From Podarcis pityusensis (Eukaryota), in assembly GCA_964106645.2 (NCBI GenBank), contig OZ067048.1: a stretch of 64,000 nucleotides of DNA; one strand, written 5' to 3'. The notes below the pieces were generated by a model. The model did not search any database and was not told the DNA's origin. It saw nothing but the letters and a program-made list of their open reading frames with translations. A program made the position numbers and the translations under genes. Below are positions 60,473 to 64,000 of this stretch, in pieces. Within the stretch, counting starts at the first letter, position 1. Each line of letters begins with the position of its first letter.

Positions 60473-61186
60473 CTGAAGGGAATGAAAACAAGATGCCTAT
60501 TATTTCAGCCTATTATTACAAGTTTTGTTTCTTTACTGACATTTTGTCTAGTTTAAAGAAGAAAACTTAAGCCTGTCTAACCTTCGGGGGAAAGCAGAGA
60601 GGGATCCAAATTCATCTATGGGCCTTAAATTGTAAAACCCTTCTTTCTGTATAACCTCCCCAGAGAAACGGGACAGACAGCAATATACAACTTTTAGATG
60701 TACCATCTTTCCCCCTTTTTTGAGTAAGCCATTTCTGCCCAAGGCCTATTATTCAGCAAATCATCAAGGCTGGAGCTTCATATCCATGCCTAAGACAATT
60801 GTCCTTATGTAAAATTGCTTCATTTGATCTTATTTCCAGGCAGGTGACTGAAAGGTCTATATGGAGAAATCCTAAGTTCCCACCCCCACACCAACAGGGC
60901 TTTACAGAATGACAGGGCGACATCACAGTTGGGCCCAATGCTTAGGATCCAGCAGCCAGTGGCATTTCTGCCCATCCACACATCCAGTGAATGGGCAGAA
61001 GGGGAGCTCCATGCCAACAGAGTGACATCAGCTGATGGCTGCTGGGAAGCTACAGAGGCCAGCAGGGCTGACAGACACTTCAGCCTGATCCAAACTCCAC
61101 CTCCTGCCCAGGGTAAAGGGGTTGCAGTCACATACACCAGAACAAAATAAATGGAAAGACTGGAATGGCACTGAGCGATAACTTAC

Positions 61187-61248
61187 TTAGCTTTTTCACA
61201 TTTCTTTTTCTGCTGTAATTTAATATTCTGTGTTGTGATTCCAAGTGG
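61187..61248 (-). CDS. CPLANE1: CPLANE1 exon (PLGITTQNIKLQQKKKCEKA)
   Basis: tag| acceptor, AA|gtaagt donor; 62 nt; phases fit both neighbours. Confidence 0.85.
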
Positions 61249-62098
61249 CTATACAAGAAAGGCAAACGGTTACTAAAATTATCTTCTCTTTCCAATCTTC
61301 ATAACTGGTTACACATTCATCGTAAGTGCTTTTTCAGAGCTAGGATTTTGGGACTGTGCCCAAATGGAAAAGTGAGATGTGGCCACTCGACCAATAAAAA
61401 CTATTAAACTGGTTGCCTCCAAACATTTCAAGCCAACAAACATGGTCCACAACTATACTTTCAACTGACACAACCTGTGAGAATTTTCAGTCAACTGCTG
61501 GGGTGGGAGGTGACTAAATGCATCTTTGAATGATGGAGTGGTGTCTGCTGCCCTTACAGAATCACAGAATTGTAGAGTTGGAAGAGACCCCAGTGGTCAT
61601 CTAGTCTAAAGCCCTGCATAGACAACCCCCCCTCCCAAATTTGGTTGCATGTTCCCTGTCTTTCTTGGGCTGTAGGAGAAGCTAACCCATACTCAATGCA
61701 CTGTTCACTCCAACAAGCAAATGAATGAATGGAATGTGTGAAGGACAAAGAGAAAAGAGTATCTCTACTCATTTTGCTCTACCCACTATTGGTATGTTAG
61801 GCCACCCTTGGATTAAAGGATCAGGCTATGTGATCAACCCCTCCCCCCACTCCCCACCCCTTCTCATATTTTATCCCACAAATAAATAAGCTTTGATCAT
61901 TTCTGTATCTGAACCAGCCCCAAATGGATCCAGCAAATTTTAAAGCTGTAATAGATTGTACAGAAGAATGTAGAATTTGCAGCGGAAGCTGACTAGGGCA
62001 TTCATATTTGAGAACGACATCTTAACACATTTTAAAAATTATTTTCTACATTGAATTGTTACAGCCACATGATCATAATACAATGTAAGTAGTCTTAC

Positions 62099-62264
62099 CA
62101 TTTTTCTTCTAAAATGAAATGGATTGTGTTCTTTTGCCCTTTGTTCAGCCAGCGTTTGCAGATACTCAGCTAGCCTTTCCTTTCGCTTTCTTTTCATCCA
62201 AGTGTGTAACTCTTTTCTCTCTTTTTCTGTTTTACGTGAATGCCCACTCATTACACTGGAGAGG
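62099..62264 (-). CDS. CPLANE1: CPLANE1 exon ([35 protein letters not shown]...FRRKM)
   Basis: cag| acceptor (in-frame alternative start at 62255), ATG|gtaaga donor; ORF 62039..62278. Confidence 0.92.
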
Positions 62265-62303
62265 CTGGAATACAGCACAAAACTCAGACATAATTAACAC
62301 ATA

Positions 62304-62472
62304 CCGTATTTTTTGCACCATAACACTCACTTTTTTCCTCCTAGAAAGTAACGGGAAATGTCTGTGCGTGTTATGGAGGGAATGCCTACGGGTGGCATGC
62401 CTACGGATTTTCCTCCTCTAAAAACTACGTGCGTGTTATGGTCGGGTGCGTGTTATAGAGTGAAAAATACGG
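62304..62472. mobile_element. Tc1/mariner-type MITE (CCGTATTTTT family)
   Basis: TA TSD; TIRs CCGTATTTTTTGC / GTGAAAAATACGG; similar to 27974-28143. Confidence 0.87.
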
Positions 62473-62944
62473 TACTTCAAATAATTAGATGAAATAACAT
62501 TTAAAAGCATGTAAAAGTAGCATAGCAATATATATGTCTGTTTTGATCTCAAAGCACTATAAAGTTTCCAAAAATATCAAGTGCATGGAAAACAAAAGTT
62601 AGTCCACAACTAGAACTGGATTTGGACCTCTCTCAAGGTAACACTAATAACTTTATCATGTATCTCAGTGGAGCTGTGTGGGGAGGGAATAAATATCCAA
62701 GAGATGGATGGGAGTGAAGCCTTCCAGCTCAGTCCGATCTGCCTCTAGGATAGAAACAGCAACGCAGCCTTCCCATGATTGGCCAAATTTGGGGCAGGCT
62801 GAAATCCACTTCCCCGGATGGCGTGGGGACCATTTTTGGTGTTGTGCTGGCTGGGACACCCCCCCCCCCCGAGTCATGGCCCATCGCTGGATAATGGCGG
62901 GGATGGGGTGGGGATGTTGTCCCACAATGCCACCTGAGCTGTAA

Positions 62945-63128
62945 TTATTTACTTACTGCCTGCCTTCCAATGAGCTCAAGGTGGCATACATAGTTCTGCC
63001 CTCTGTAAGGTAGGTTAGACTGATAGATAATAATAGGTCCAAATTCACCCAGTGAACTTTATGGCTGAGTGGAGATTTGAACCTTGATTTTCCAAGGTGT
63101 ATCCTAACCTCTAACCACTCTACCACAA
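62945..63128 (-). mobile_element. Degenerate tRNA-derived SINE (MIR/Squam3-like)
   Basis: Reverse complement of a TGTGGTAGAGTGGTTAG head and GGTTCAAATCTCC B box. Confidence 0.55.
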
Positions 63129-63152
63129 TGTCACAGGTCATGTAGCAATTAC

Positions 63153-63284
63153 CTGGTTATTTTTTTTGCTTGTGTTTCTGTGAGACCCAGCTCTGAAGCA
63201 GAAATGCCACCCTCAAGTAGAAGATCAGCAATAATGTCAGAAACACCACTCAAGCCAGTGATCTGCAGAGGATCTTCTGAAAAA
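63153..63284 (-). CDS. CPLANE1: CPLANE1 exon ([43 protein letters not shown])
   Basis: tag| acceptor, CAG|gtaatt donor; 132 nt; resembles human QMTGLTDIADIIDDL...ELGLTE. Confidence 0.88.
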
Positions 63285-63569
63285 CTATTTTAAAAAAGCA
63301 ATTACATTACTGCAAATAGGAAAAACATACCACTTCTAGAAAAAACTAGGGAGTCAAATTTGATGATATATTAAATGTATAATTGCAATTTCATACCCTT
63401 ACTTAAACAAAAAAACAAACAAACAAACAAACAAAAGGCATTAGTGGAGACTTTCAATTTGGATCAGGACTTTGGGTGGGCAGGTGTTTTTTAACCCTTC
63501 CTCCCACAGGATTTTCCCATGTCCAGCTCTCCAGACAAATCTCCTATTTCAATATTTTCTCATACATAC

Positions 63570-63603
63570 CTCTCATCCACTTCTTCTGATCTAACATTAA
63601 TAT
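63570..63603 (-). CDS. CPLANE1: CPLANE1 micro-exon (INVRSEEVDE)
   Basis: Strong ttctttttgcag acceptor and AG|gtatgt donor; 34 nt; frame inferred from the next exon. Confidence 0.7.
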
Positions 63604-64000
63604 CTGCAAAAAGAAACAGAATTTACTGACAGCATAGACTGTAGAAAAGAAAGGCACCATAAGATACAACCAACATGGGACACTATACAAATACATTAGG
63701 ACAGAAACAGGAAAAGTGTGACCCTGTAGATGCTGTTGGATGCTAACTCCCGTCAGCCTAATGTCAGGGATCTTGGGAGTTGCAGTGTTTGGATTTGCTA
63801 AGCAGTCATCCATAGTTAATACCTTTGTATTTAGACAGTATTACGTTATTCAGGGCAACTACCAAGTTTAGTGTTAAAACCATAGCATAAGTCTATCACT
63901 AAAAGGGACCGTGAGGACAATACTCTAAAATAAACCATGAAAGCATTGCCACTATTTTTTGGCAGCCCACATAATTTAAAAAGCCACACTTCAAATGCCT

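Larger units (their letters stand above)
57350..63603 (-). other. CPLANE1: CPLANE1 (C5orf42) gene, partial 3' end
   Basis: Eight phase-compatible exons on the - strand with recognisable motifs ([28 protein letters not shown]); neighbour of NIPBL in amniotes. Confidence 0.93.

Overview
Eukaryotic (vertebrate) genomic DNA. The Sauria/Squam1 and Squam3 SINEs point to a squamate, most likely a lacertid lizard. The + strand carries the 3' part of NIPBL (cohesin loader, Scc2/delangin): 38 fully visible coding exons (9-46 by analogy with human numbering) from 2180 to 51957/52002, all GT-AG and in frame. Both known C-termini are present: isoform B by read-through of the exon 46 donor (VRRRRSQRISQRIT*), and isoform A, whose last exon lies mostly in an N-gap with only TLRSLYAAKDGTSS* visible. 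The - strand carries the last 8 identifiable coding exons of CPLANE1 (C5orf42), tail-to-tail with NIPBL. Introns hold many non-autonomous hAT and Tc1/mariner-type elements (several nested), SINEs, LINE tails, a young 5'-truncated L1 and microsatellites. I found no novel multi-gene system. The best leads are: a CpG-rich branched hairpin at the NIPBL A/B isoform switch; a complete type I hammerhead ribozyme fold with one inactivating substitution in intron 9; a GC-AG donor and a possible 1-nt frameshift truncation in CPLANE1; and a perfect 24-bp inverted repeat in intron 30. All comparisons with human sequences and repeat families come from my recall, not from a search.
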